A DNA stretch of 64,000 bases from Octopus bimaculoides (Eukaryota): positions 24,783,744 to 24,847,743 of the forward strand of contig NC_068991.1 in the NCBI RefSeq assembly GCF_001194135.2, read 5' to 3'. Shown here one piece after another: positions 50,855 to 63,884 of the stretch (the stretch's first letter is position 1; the number at the start of each line of letters is the position of its first letter). The position numbers and the translations under genes were made by a program. The notes under the pieces are model-generated. The model was given only the letters and a program-made list of their open reading frames with translations, did no database searches and was not told the origin of the DNA.

Positions 50855-52330
50855 GAAGCCCATTGACAGGACAGTTTCAATGATGAAGAATACTTTGGAA
50901 AGAGTTGAGAAAAGAGGATCCAGTGAGAGCTGATTGGTATGTGCTTAAGTCAGAGAGGGGGGGTATATGGTGTGATACCAATAGCATAGTGATAGTTATC
51001 CTGGAAATGGAAGTTGAGGTAGAGGATGCATCCTGGTTTAAAAAAGATGACTACAACCATATCAATGTAGCTGAAATGGATATTATGTTCAAGGGAATAA
51101 ATTTAGCTTTGGAGTTGGGGTTGTGTGATGTCTAAATTCAAACTGATTCAGCTACTTTGTTTTGGTAGTAACTACCTGTGAAAAGAGAATCCAAACCAAG
51201 GGAGTTACAGTGATTATTGTCAAGTGATGCCTGGGGATCTTAGTAGGAGAATTAATAAAAAAGTGATCTGCAGCTGCAAGTAGTCCTTGTTCTCTCAGAG
51301 AAAATAAGGTGAATGTTCTTACTAGGGCAAGAAATACCTGGATTGGGGTTCCAGAGGATTTAGGGTGGGGGGACTGATTATAGTATGCTAGCAGGTGGAT
51401 AGAACATTATTTTTGACCAGAAAGGTTGACATCAATGCCACTAGGGAAGTCTAGAAGCAGTGACAGTCGATTGACCTCACTCCAAGTGTGCATGAGATTT
51501 GAAGGTGAAGCAGTTGATAGTGGATATGACACTATCAGCAAGAGTTGTGCCTCACCATGATTGACTGTGGGTCTGGGCAAGTAGCAATATAAAGTGTAAG
51601 GTAGAGGCTGCAGCTGAAATTACTAGAGTTCTGAATGAGATACTTTTCGAGAATGGGTTTCAATAGATGGGCTGCTGGTGGACAATGTTCCTGCATTTCT
51701 TTCAGAGATGCTGGGCAAGTGAAAGGTCAGACATTACTTTAGAGTTGCATATAGGTCAGGCAGAAAGGGAATCATTGAGAGACACCATCGAACAATCAAA
51801 GCCATTGTCAAAACAGTGTATTTCCCTGATAGAGGCAGTTTTCTGGTACATGTCACCTTGATCGGGCCAGGCAGAGGAGTTGATACCCCAGAGAGCTGTG
51901 TTCTAGCATGAGTGGTACTGTACCACTCATCTAAGTACAGTACCACTCATCTAAGTACAGTACCAGCAGGTATTGCAGGAGAGGAAGGTCTTGCATTTGT
52001 TAAGATCAAACATGAAGTTAACATCAGTCATCCTTCCTTACCCCCATGAGGACACCATCCCTGTAGAAGAAGGGAAGAGTAACTGATGCTAATTCTCAGA
52101 ATAACATTTCTGTTGAGAGGATTTGTGTCACATACTGGATATCCATAAAGTAATCAGTACATTAGATGATGAAGCTAATGATGACAGATGAGAAGAATCC
52201 AAGACCAGTACTGCATTCTGTGAAAGTTACAGAGGGAGTGGCATCTACCTTTCTGGATGAGTGACAATGAGATATTATGAGGGAAGAGGGGTTTAGGCTA
52301 GATGTTTCACTTGTAAATAGATAGCAATAA
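50855..52330 (+). mobile_element. Degenerate Gypsy-like LTR retrotransposon pol (RNase H to integrase)
   Basis: WCDTNSI...VEDASWFKKDDYNHINVAEMDIMFKGINLAL...IQTDSAT (RNase H). Downstream LLVDN.PAF, YFRVAYRSGRKGIIERHHRTIKA (integrase core). Confidence 0.75.
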
Positions 52331-53321
52331 GCTGGGAGGAGGTGGGCATGTTTAGTTGTTTGTAGATTTTCCAGGTGTGTGTGTGGCAGTTTTTAGTGCA
52401 TGAAGTAATCTTAAGTTCAGAGAGGCATGTGATGTTATGAGATAGTGGATGAGATGGAGAATGGTGATATCAGTTGTATGTAAGGGACCTTTTTTGTTGT
52501 TGCTGGAAACAGGTGTTGCCAGTGAATGGCCTTTGTGTGCAGCAGACTTCTTTTGCAATGTAACCTGGTGCCTCTTTCTCCTGTGGTTAAAGTAAGGGCA
52601 AATTGCTTTTTTTTTGTTCACCTAATTCCCACCTACAATTTTATATTCCATACATGTGTAATATAGTTATAGCACCTATTACCAACAATATATCGTAACT
52701 TATCATCTGTGTAAATTTGATTAAATGTGCAAGTGAATCCAATCATCAAGGTCATCAACAACGAAGCAGAATTGAAGCAGTTATGTCAATAAAAAGACAG
52801 AAACGTAAGCCCCTATTTAACTATTTTATGATTTCCAGAATCCCAAACTCAGCACCTACCACTGAGGAAGCACAGTGTGCTGAAATCACATGATCTGATG
52901 GTTCTAGCATCCATTCCAGATAATTCTCCTCTGCTACAATATGTGTACTTTTAAGTATCATGTACCTACTTGAGAGGTACTCCCAGGGTGAATGCTGTAG
53001 AATCCCAAAAGGTTGCTTGATATGTCCTCTTCTACTAGTCCTATTAAATGCCGATATGACTTTGTTAATAACTGTTAATTTACATAGAGATAACCAGAAG
53101 CAGAACAGGGAAGAAAATTTCCCTTAAATAACACACTACTGTCTCAAAGGACACATTAAATAAAGTAATTATACATAGCCTTGCCTTTGATAATGTCTAC
53201 TTTATCAGAGTTGATCTGGGGCTTGAGATGAAGTGGAGAATAGCATTTAGTTAGGTATTTGAATTGTGTACATTTTTCTACATCCAATGGCAATAAGTCA
53301 CTGGTGAAGGACATGGCATAT

Positions 53322-53853
53322 TGTTACGTCCTTGATGATACGCCACGTCCTCGACGACATGCCACGTCCTCGACGACATGCCACGTCCTTGACAATACAC
53401 TGAGTCTTTGGCCAGTTATGAGTGGTGCCTGAAGGATGAAGGGTCTTCACATGTAATCTCATGGAAGACCATAGAAAACCCAGGTCCCTACATCAATGGA
53501 AGCAAGCATTGGAAGTTATGCATAGCTGAATGAGCGAGAATATTAAAGAACTCCCTTGACCCGAGAACTTCTTAAATTCCAGGACGTTTTTGGACCTGCT
53601 TACACTTCAGAAGATTCCTACTGAAGTTCTGGGACTCACAAGCTGACCAGGTTGATTTAAGAAAGCGGTCTAGGGGAGACGATCTCTTCCACTTAACCCT
53701 TCTCCTTTATCCGTGTGTTCAGCACCTATCTCTTCTTTCTTCTCGTTGGAGAGAGGTTATACGCCATCGGTAATTAGGGTCTGAGAAGACGCTGTAAAGC
53801 CATGTGCTTTATGGACGTGAAACCCAGGGTAACTCTATAGGCCGGCCATAACT
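53322..53853. mobile_element. Possible solo LTR with four ~19-bp tandem units at its start
   Basis: GC-richer block from TGTTACG to CATAACT. GCCACGTCCTCGACGACAT repeats at 53323-53398. No clear TSD. Confidence 0.4.
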
Positions 53854-54336
53854 ATCTTTATTTAATTACTCTACTGCTCTATAGCTTAGAGTGTGCTTTT
53901 CTTTCGGCTTTATGATTCACTGCTTATATATATATGTATATATGTGGGGGGGGGGTGTCCCCCACTATCGCTTGGCAATCGGTGTTGGTGTGTTTGTGTC
54001 CCCGTAACCTAGCGGTTTGGCAGAAAAATCTGATAGAATAAGTACTAGGCTTTTAAAAAATAAATCCTGGGGTGGTTTTGTTCGACTAAAGCCCCTCAAA
54101 GCGGTGCTCCAGCATGGCCGCAGTCAAATGACTGAAACAAGTAAAAGATAAAAGCTATGAGAAACCTCGAGAACAGTTCTTTACGTAACCAGTTATACCC
54201 GATTTACTAGATGAGTTCTCTCCCTTGAAAGTTCGCACGAGCAAAATTATCTCATTTACAACACAAAGAAAGCTAATAATCAAATATTTGATTATTTTCC
54301 TTTCCCCGATTCGTTTTTCTTTTATTACTCAGATAC

Positions 54337-54432
54337 ATGGATGTTTCACGGGACTTTACCTTAGCACCTAACACAGGTTATCGATTAATAAAACGAACAT
54401 TACAAGCCGAAGATATTTGTTTACTGCGTAAT
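54337..54432 (+). CDS. EFCAB11: EFCAB11 first coding exon (96 nt)
   Basis: ACATGG start, MDVSRDFTLAPNTGYRLIKRTLQAEDICLLRN, perfect phase-0 donor gtaagt. Homology is weak, so the call rests on signals and phase. Confidence 0.65.
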
Positions 54433-57400
54433 GTAAGTATCCATAGTAACAGTTGGTAAAATTCCAACGAGGAATCTGTTAAGTGCTTACTATTTCTGTG
54501 GGAATCTTTTGAAATCCAACTTTTATTTGTACCAAAATATATACAAATTTATAAACTTTCAGGGTTGTTTATATCACGATTTTTCAAAATTGTGCAACAA
54601 GTGTTAAATAAACAGGTGAAGGTAACAAGTAGAGGCGAAAATGATGAAGCTTCGTCCTTTTAATTCTGTCATTNNNNNNNNNNNNNNNNNNNNNNNNNNN
54701 NNNNNNNNNNNNNNNNNNNNNNNNNNNNNNNNNNNNNNNNNNNNNNNNNNNNNNNNNNNNNNNNNNNNNNNNNNNNNNNNNNNNNNNNNNNNNNNNNNNN
54801 NNNNNNNNNNNNNNNNNNNNNNNNNNNNNNNNNNNNNNNNNNNNNNNNNNNNNNNNNNNNNNNNNNNNNNNNNNNNNNNNNNNNNNNATATTTTAATTAA
54901 ATTTTCTATAAATATGCTTCAGATTGTATAGATTTCGATTATATCGGAATTTGTTGTGAAAACTTTTTCTGTGGGTGGAAAGAGGATTTACAGAAAATTC
55001 ACTCAAGTTGGCTTTGTTTCCTTATAACTTTCAGAAAAAGGGATATTTTTTAATGAAATTATATATGCGTGAACACACTGACAATTTTTTTCGAAATTTC
55101 AAGTTTCATTTTGTAGATGTATGTGACGTGTGTCACTATGTATGTGTACGAGCCCTCCAATTTTTTTCTTATTAAATTCCGATATAACCGTAATCTGCTC
55201 ACTGAAATGTATTTATAGAAAATTTCATTAAAAAATTACCATTTTTTTCCTGAAAGTTATGAGTAAAGAAAGCCGTCTCGTTTGAATTTTCCGAAACTCC
55301 TCACCCAACCCCCAGAAAAAACTTTTTCACCACATTTTCCTATATAATTAGTATGTACACCAACTGAAGCACATTTTTGGAAAATTTCATTAAAAAATAT
55401 CCATTTTCCTAGAAGTTATGAGGCAACAAATCGGTGGGGTACACATGTGGAGGTATGCCATGTTATACAAACTGGATAAATAAAACTCAAGTACACTCAT
55501 GTGAGTGTATTTATTTTTAGTTGGCAGGAGACGCAAAGAAACTCAAGGGCTGAGAGTTTCGGGCTTACCTCAAATTCCTAGTTATTTAGTTATTTTGTAG
55601 CTGCCGCCTATTATAAATGATTATAAGCTCTGTCTGAAGAGAATCAAAAGACAATTTACCTACCAGCAATTTTAAGTCTCTATTTGTTATCTTGTTGTTT
55701 CTTTAATTATAGTCTAAAATAATTTATAATTTTGCATTTTGTTTCCCTACAGGTATTTAAAGAATTTGATGAAGGCAATAAAGGGTATTTATCTCGAGAA
55801 GATATAAAAATGAGCATTCTATGTCTTTTTGGATACAAACCCTCGAAGGTGATTTTTAAAATTAATTCTTAACATTTAAAATTAATTCTAAACTATTAGT
55901 CTTGGAATCTTTTCCTTTTGGCTGCTGGCATCAATTTCTGTTTGAATTGATTTCACATTCAGTGTAATGATATACTTTTATAGGCTGATGAATGACATGA
56001 AAATCATTTTTGCTATAAATCAATAAATAAAGAGTTATTAGCTATTTAAAGTTTTTTAAAATTTGGGTAATTTTAGCCAATCATAAGCCACAGACACATT
56101 CATACCTGTTTCCATAGTAACAAACAAAACATGAAAACTCTTTTGTCTGCGAGAATGCATGTATTGACAAATATATTGAAACCACTTGTTTTACCTATCT
56201 GCTGACAATTGAGCATGTGAATTTATGTGGCGCAGGAGATATGAAAATTGTGATTTTTTTGAGAAATTGATTGAATGCATTTCTAACTTTTGTTTTCAAT
56301 GAACTGGTCAACAAAATGTTTGTTTTTTTAAAAAATATTTAATTTGTAATGTGCTATTTTGTTTTTAGATAAATCTTTTAAGTTTGTGCTATCGCATTAA
56401 ATGCGTATTGAATGCTTCAAATTACAAAAGATGTGTTGTTTCCTCGTTTTCCGCATATAGAATACAAATATTGACAAGACGTGCTATCACACACAAAATG
56501 ACAGCTTCCAAATCCTGTTTCCTGACTGGGTGAAAATTATCAAACTTTAAACCTCTATAACTTTTTAAAAACACTTTTCTGGAAAAGGTGCAATATCTCC
56601 AGCAATTCAGCTTGGAAAAGTACATTAATGTGTCAAATTTTAAAATTTTCACACCACCACCACGATCATCATCATTTTAATGTTCATTTTTTCCATGCTC
56701 ACATAGGGCAGACAGAATTTTGTTGGGGTAGATTTTCTACATTCAGATTCCCACTCTTGTTGCCAACCTTTCACCTGTTTCCAAGATATGTTTTTAATGA
56801 AAGATTACGCACAAAGATGTTCTCTTGGACGACAGAGAAAATAACACATACTCATATGCATATATGTATACACATGCATTATATACAACAGGCTACTTTT
56901 AGTTTCCAACTACCAAATTCACTCACAAGGCTTTGAATTGGATTGAACCTGGAACCATGCAGTTGGGAAGCAAGCTTCTTATCACGTAGCCACTCACACC
57001 TGCGTCTCTAGGCATGCACACACACGTTCATGTTTGTGTGTGTAGGTATATTTATCATCTAGTCTGCTATTGTTGCCTGACACCTTGACACTCCCACATC
57101 ATTTTCCTGTTACTCTTGTCCATCCATTGGTATGGGACCTACCTACTTCCTGTTCCCCTACCACTATCCTCACTATTCAACCACCCTTGTCCTTATTACA
57201 TTCACCTTCACCCTCATCACCCTATCCTGTACTACCAGTCATCTCCCCCATTCACTTTACCTGCTATTATACTCTTGATTCTTTTCACCAGCTCACACAC
57301 TGGCTCTCATTTTGTCTCCTCCTCCTCCTCCTTCTTCTTCTTCTTTATCTGCCATTATACTGTTGCTTCTTTTCATCACCTCTGCACCCTGACTCACCTT

Positions 57401-59110
57401 CCGTCCTCCCTCTGTCTCCTGGGTCACATTGCTTCTGTTATCATCCTATCTCCTTGCTCACATTACTTTGTACTTGTTTTAGAATACTGGGTACCCTCAG
57501 TATTTGTCCCTCTTATGACTCACCACTATCATTCATGTTTCTGTCTTATTGTTTGTGCCTCCCACTGGACCTGGCTACCTCTGTAGTGATGGTGTCACAC
57601 AAAAATCCACTCAGTACACCCTGTAAAGTCAAGAGGACCCTTTAGTTTTGTTGAGGATATGATATCTTCCTAGTGATGAACCCAGTACACTCTGTAAAGT
57701 GACTGGCTTCAAGGACATGCAGTTGTTGAAACCATGCCAAAAGTAAAATACATGAGTGGGATGTGGTCCTTTGATCTGTCTAAATGAGCAGTACCTGAGA
57801 TTGTGAGCTGACTCTGAATATGGCGATTCATCCAACCCATGCCAGCATGGAAAGTGAATGTAAAACAAAGTTGATGATGATGACAATGAAGTTGATGATT
57901 ATATATTTATTTATTTGTAGTATGAAACTGATAGAATAATGCAAGCCTATTCTGATGAATTCAGTGAAGAAATGGGTAAGTTTAATAATGTTTATCTGGA
58001 AAACATAGAGTAGTTTTAGCACGTTTTCATGTTTTCTAGAATGAATTTGTTAAATTCAATTTCAGTTTACCATCATAATAATTTTGGATATTTCTTGCAA
58101 AAGTCAGTTAACTTGCTTGGTAATATTGATTTAAAATTTTGGCACAAGGCCATCAATTTTGGGGGTGGTGGTGGTGATAAGTTGATTACATTGACCCCAA
58201 TGTTCAACTGGTACATATTTTATTGACCCCAAAATGATAAAAGGCAAAGTTCACCTTGGTGGAATTTGAACTCAGGGCATGCAGACGGATGAAATGCTGC
58301 TAAGCATTTTGCCTGATGTGCTAATGATTCTACCAACTCACCGCCTTAACTGGCTTGTTAGTATTCTTTACTCAGTTTTATATCTGTAGTTTCTCTTTTT
58401 GATTTGGGTTTACAGAGTTTGATCTCCCAACATGATATTGGTTGTAGAAGTAAATGACTAAGTGAATAGAGAAGGAAACAGTTTCTTATGCAAGATTTTA
58501 AAATTGTTGTGTGTTGGAGAAGAACATTGAAATCCTGCAGGATCTGATGAGCCAGAGGACTGCATCAGACTCCAGTATCTGCTTTGACATGGTTTCTATG
58601 GCTGGATGCCCTTTCTAATGCTAGACACTTTACAGTGTACTCAGTGCTTTTTTCTTGGCACTGGCACTAGTAAGATTGTCAAGTGACTTACAAGATGAAA
58701 AAGCCCTTCATGTGTACGAATGATTGTATATATATGAGTGTAAAACTCTACCTGTTGTACTTGTCTCCTTCCTTCATATATATATGTATGTTTGTATATA
58801 TGTTTATATATCTGCAGGTGTAGATGTGTTTGACAGACAGTAGGGTATATTTGTGTACATACATATATAACTCATATGTATATTCAAGTTTTGCGGTGAA
58901 TGTTTTACGGGTTATGTTTTTGCGTATGTGTTTTTATTTGTATATACGTCTATCCACGTATGTATGTGCATGTGTATATGAACATAATGTTGCGTGCATG
59001 GGTATATATATGTGTGTATGTGCGTGTATGTGTGTATTGTATGTATGTATGTTTACATATGTATAGACATATATGTGTGTGTGTCTATGTATATGTACAC
59101 GCATGTGTGA

Positions 59111-59159
<49 letters not shown>

Positions 59160-62100
59160 CATACACACGTGTGTGTGTGTGCGTACATGTATGTATATGT
59201 GTACATGTGTGCATATGCAGATTCTATGAATGCTGACATTCCCTGGTTGACATTGCTTGAGAAAAACAATGATGTGATCGTTACATTCATTGATGAAATG
59301 ATGACCAGTCTGTCTCTCTCTGTTTTCAAAGACCAGGGGAATAAAAAAAAACCCTTTATTTGAAGAAACAGAAATCGGTTGGCAACAAGAAGAGCATCTA
59401 GTCAAAAAATGGTACTGGAATAAGTTTCTATCTAACCTATGCAGGTGTGGATAAACAGATGTTAACTAAACAAACTATTATTGTTGTTGGCACTCAGTCG
59501 CTTACGACGTCGAGGGTTCCAGTTGATCTGATCAACGGAACAGCCTGCTCATGAAATTAACATGCAAGTGGCTGAGCACTCCACTGACACGTGTACCCTT
59601 AACGTAGTTCTCAGGGATATTCAGCGTGATACAGTGTGACAAGGCTGACCCTTTGAATTACAGGCACAACAGAAACAGGAAGTAAGAGTGAGAGAAAGTT
59701 GTGGTGAAAGAGTACAGCAGGGTTCGCCACCATCCCCTGCTGGAGCCTTGTGGAGCTTTTAGGTGTTTTCGCTCAATAAACACTCACAACGCCCGGTCTG
59801 GGAATCGAAACCGCGATCCTATGACCGCGAGTCCACTGCCCTAACCACTGGGCCATTGCGCCTCCAAACAAACTAATATATGTGTGTGTGTACACACACA
59901 CATGCACATGTATTTTTGCATGTCTTCACATATTGAAAATGGTGACAGTGTTTATGTCACTCATAATAAAATGTCCTGTTGCTCACCAGTTTCATTGTCT
60001 GAACACTACAAGAATAAAGACACTTTACTTGAAAATCAAGGTAACAGGTAACAGGAAGTGCATGGAATGATGACAATGCTGGTGATGATGATGATGACGA
60101 TGACGATGACCATGAAGATGATGGTGATGACAAATGTTTGTAATGATGATGATGGGTGTGATGATGACAATAATGATGATGCATTTACATGTATTTCATT
60201 CTACAGGTTTAACTTTAGAAAGCTTCATAAAAGCCATGACACCAAAGATGGCTGCAAGAGATGAAAATGAAGAGATTCGGCTTACATTCATGGCTTTTGA
60301 TTTTAGTTGTAAGTAATTCTAATATATTTGTTACATCTATTGACCCATTACTCTAAAATTTGGCTGGTTCATACAAACTTAAAATTTTTTCCCCTACTTT
60401 GATATTCTGTTGTCTAGAGCCCTTCATTACTACTAATGTCCCCTCCCCACCCTGTAATCTGATCTTATCAATTATTTTTATATTTCACTTAAAAATATTA
60501 CTCAGTTGAAGGGGTTCTATGGCGACCTCATTAGTGCTGATGGCTTGAAAAAGAACCCGGTACACTTTGTAAAGTGGTTAGAATTGGGAAAGGTGTGCAG
60601 CCATAGAAACTATGTTGAAACTGAGACAATAAAGCAATACGTGGTCCTCTGACACATTGGAGCCTATTGAACCTTCCAACCTATGCCAGCTTGGAAAGTG
60701 GACATGAAATTATGATGATGATGATGATGATGGTGGTGGCTGTTGTTACCAATTGTGTTATATTGTTAGACATTCATCACCAAGTGCTTATCTCTTTCTT
60801 TTGCTCTTCTTATGTGATTTAATCAGAAGAAGAATGAAAATGCTTCTTACCTTTTCTAAGGTCTTCCAAGACTGGAGGAAGCAAGATCTTTATCCTGGTT
60901 GGTGACCTGATTCAAATGCTTGCAACAGAGTAGACTCTCCAAAAAGGTAACCTTCCAAGGGCCCAGTAACAGATTAATCCTGCCATCACACGGAGGAACT
61001 GTCTTACATACAGACTTCCTCAAAGTTTCCACTCACTAACTTTCAGTCACATGACTTTGCTTGAGCTGATGCCATGATAGGAGACACTTGGTGAATGTGC
61101 TAGGCAGTGGGATTGAACCTAAATTTATATAGTTATGAAACACTTAACCACACTACCAAACTTGCAAAGATAATTCATAAGTTGAACAGTAGATACTGCT
61201 TTAGGTCACATAAATCTACTTTTGAGCTAACCATTTAGAAATTTTTCTTTCTTTTTATAGTTTTATATCACTTTTTTTAAAAACCTTTTTATATGAAAAT
61301 ACTTGAGACTGCCTCTAGTTCTATAATATAAACTTCCTGTTTTAAAGTGATCTAAAACAAAACCTTACATTAAAATTTTGTGTTAATTTATGTTCCAAAT
61401 ACCAGCTTAATAATATCAAGTTATTTTACACAAATTTCTTTATTATTTTCAAAATTAACAGGAACAAACGGGATGGTTTGTTTTAGTGGTTAGATATCTT
61501 CTGCTCACCAATTACTCAACTGTCAGCAGAAACCATGAACATTTATATTAAATTACTCCATATTTATTCATCTACAAAGGTACAGGTATGGCTGTATGGT
61601 TAAGAAGACAGCTTTGCAATCACATGGTTTCAGGTTTAGTTCCACTGTGTAGCACTTTGGACGAATGCCTTCTACTATAGCCTCAGGTTCACCAATGCTT
61701 TGTGAGTGAATTTGGTGAATTTGGAAACTGTAGTAAACCCTTGTGTATGTATGCATGTATATATGTACATATGTATGTGCATGTGTGTGTGAGTGAATGT
61801 AGATATTTCACAGCTTGCCTTGAGCAAGTCAGTGAATTGATATTTGTATTTCTTGTTGGCATTATGATCAGTTCCTCTGCGCTTACTTGACAAACAGGAA
61901 AGGGTTAGTGACAGGAAAAGCAATCTGGTCATAAAACCCTGCCTCATGAAATTACTGTGTAACCCATACTAGCTTAAATAAAACAAAACTAGCACAAAGA
62001 GCAAGTTGCTTAACATTTAGAGACCATTGATATTCGCCAATGCATGATGAAGCCCTGTTGATTGAAGACCAAAGGCAGTTTGGATTGTTATGATTGTGTC

Positions 62101-63884
62101 TTCTTCAAAGACCCCAGGAGTATAAGCAGAGTGAAATTGCTATATCCTGGAATAGAAACCATTCATGGGCTAGTTTACCATGAAATTATCTCCTATTCTG
62201 TATCACTTTCCTCAGCAATTACTTTTGGAATTTTCTTTTTCAAAATTTTCAATTTAACGTGTTTTCTTTCTTTTTAGGCCATGGTTTCATCACTATTGCT
62301 GATTTAAAGAAAGTTTTCAAGGAAGTGGCTCCAAAATTTCCTGAAGAAAATATTGAAGTTATTTTTAGGTGAGTGAATATTTTCGACTTTCAGGCAAGCT
62401 ACTCTTGTCTTTTAGATTGTTTATTTCTATTTACAGCTAGAAATGATAGATGTAGTAAAATATTGAAGTTAATTGCAAGTTAATATATTAATCTGATGGA
62501 AATTAAATGTAAATATTGACCTGATAGATTCTGGCAGTTCATAAATGACTTAAAACTTGAGAACAAAATGACATCTATAATTCTGTCAAGAGAAAAGATG
62601 ATGGTAGTGTTGATGGTGATATCTTATTTGCTACAGAGTTTTTGTTACTAAAATGGGTTACCTAAAGTGTGTGTTGTGTTGGTGGTGGTGGTGGTGGTGG
62701 TACTGGGTTTATACAGTAATTGAATGATAAAAAGAAAAGACTGAATGATGTTAAAAATATACATAGCATACAAATAAGTGATGAAACAAAAAGTCCTCTT
62801 GATATAGGAGAATCTCCAACAAAGACCAATCAAGGAAGCCCAGATTCAGGATCATTCTGACCATCAAAAGCAACTGCTGTCATTCTCTGATCTACAGATG
62901 AATGCTTAGAGTAGATCCATCTGCTCTTGTCATTTTTGTCACTGAAATCCACCTTATAATAAATTTACCGGAGGAGAGCTGCACTTTGCTCTCCACTCTT
63001 ATCTGCTTTTCCAACTTGAAAGACTCAATGAGAGTTTGACTGAAAAGTGTCTGTTTTTGGAATTTCAGTTTTGTCCATCATAATAATAATAATAATAATA
63101 ATAATAATCATAATAATCCTTTCTAGTAAAGGCACAAGGCCTGAAATTTGCGAGGAGGAGGCTTGTTGAATTCATTGACCTCAGTGTTTCATTGGTACTT
63201 AATTTATTGACCCTGAAAGGATTTAAAGGCAAAGTTGACCTCAGCGGAATTTGAACTCAGAATGTAAATACCGCTAAGCATTTCACCCAGCATGCTAACG
63301 ATTCTGCCAGCTTGCCAATCTTAATAATAATGGTTTCAAATTGTGGCACAAGGCCAGCAATTTCGGGGGATGGGGTAAGTCTACATCTGATACTTTATCG
63401 ACCCTGAAAGCTGACCTCGGCAGAATTTTAACTCAGAACATAAAAGACTAATGAAATGCCACTAAGCATTTTGTCCGGTGTGCTAATGATTCTGCCAGCT
63501 CACCACCTTAATAATAATGATTTGAACTCAGAACATAGCAGCAGAAGAAATACCATTAAGCATTTCACCCAGTGTGCTAACAATTCTGCTAGTTCGCCTT
63601 ATTATTATTATTATTATTATTATTAGTAGTAGTATTATAATGGTTACAAATTTTTGGGGAGAGGGGTTTTATTTGATTACATTAACCCTAGTACATGACT
63701 GGTACTCATTCTATTGACCCCCAAAACATCAAATTATATTTTCTATAGATAATATTTTGATTTTCATTAGTCATTTGTTTTTATTGGTTTAAATGTCAGG
63801 GAAGTGGACCAGGATGGAGATGGAAGAGTTAGTTTCAAAGACTTTGAATTCATGATGAAATATGATTCAGATAATCTGGTTTAA
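54337..63884 (+). CDS. EFCAB11: EF-hand calcium-binding domain protein 11-like, 6 coding exons, 525 nt, 174 aa
   Basis: join(54337-54432,55753-55848,57921-57975,60207-60308,62278-62368,63800-63884). Phases are consistent. Motifs VFKEFDEGNKGYLSREDIKMSILCLFGYKPSK, FMAFDFSCHGFITIADLKKVFKEVAPK and REVDQDGDGRVSFKDFE parallel recalled human EFCAB11 (VFKACDEDHKGYLSREDF...LFGYKPSK; REVDRDSDGHVSFRDFE). Confidence 0.9.
54900..55435. repeat. Same repeat family as 10975-11355, copies in both orientations (EFCAB11 first intron)
   Basis: CCTTATAACTTTCAGAAAAAGGGATAT forward near 55020. CCTGAAAGTTATGAG and CCTAGAAGTTATGAGG in reverse at 55249 and 55408. Confidence 0.7.
55753..55848 (+). CDS. EFCAB11: EFCAB11 exon (96 nt, EF-hand 1)
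   Basis: ctacag|VFKEFDEGNKGYLSREDIKMSILCLFGYKPSK|gtgatt. Confidence 0.93.
57921..57975 (+). CDS. EFCAB11: EFCAB11 exon (55 nt)
   Basis: ttgtag|YETDRIMQAYSDEFSEEM G|gtaagt. Its phase 0 to phase 1 exactly bridges the neighbouring exons. Confidence 0.82.
59482..59866 (-). mobile_element. tRNA-headed SINE (second family), copy 2, near full length
   Basis: Minus strand GGAGGCGCAATGGCCCAGTGGTTAGGGCAGTGGACTCGCGG...GGTTTCGATTCCC, with a (CAA)n-like tail. Confidence 0.85.
60207..60308 (+). CDS. EFCAB11: EFCAB11 exon (102 nt)
   Basis: ctacag|GT..LTLESFIKAMTPKMAARDENEEIRLTFMAFDFS T|gtaagt. Confidence 0.9.
62278..62368 (+). CDS. EFCAB11: EFCAB11 exon (91 nt)
   Basis: tttag|GC..HGFITIADLKKVFKEVAPKFPEENIEVIF AG|gtgagt. 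Confidence 0.93.
63100..63720 (-). mobile_element. Head-to-tail array of about four truncated SINE copies separated by (TAA)n/(TTA)n tracts
   Basis: Repeated GGCACAAGGCC...TTTGAACTCAGAA...CTAAGCATTT...GATTCTGCCAGC units. Confidence 0.75.
63800..63884 (+). CDS. EFCAB11: EFCAB11 last coding exon (85 nt coding, EF-hand 4)
   Basis: tgtcag|G..EVDQDGDGRVSFKDFEFMMKYDSDNLV*. Confidence 0.93.

Noticed and set aside
53323-53398. CRISPR-like short direct repeats
   Set aside because: The units are contiguous with no unique spacers, and the context is eukaryotic. It is an ordinary minisatellite.
57070-57645. 191-aa and 156-aa Leu/Pro/Ser-rich ORFs
   Set aside because: Low-complexity pyrimidine-rich strand of a degraded repeat inside an EFCAB11 intron, with no homology.
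59221-59330. Possible EFCAB11 exon (DSMNADIPWLTLLEKNNDV...)
   Set aside because: No EF-hand-family similarity, the acceptor is microsatellite-derived, and 57921-57975 already fills the required phase.
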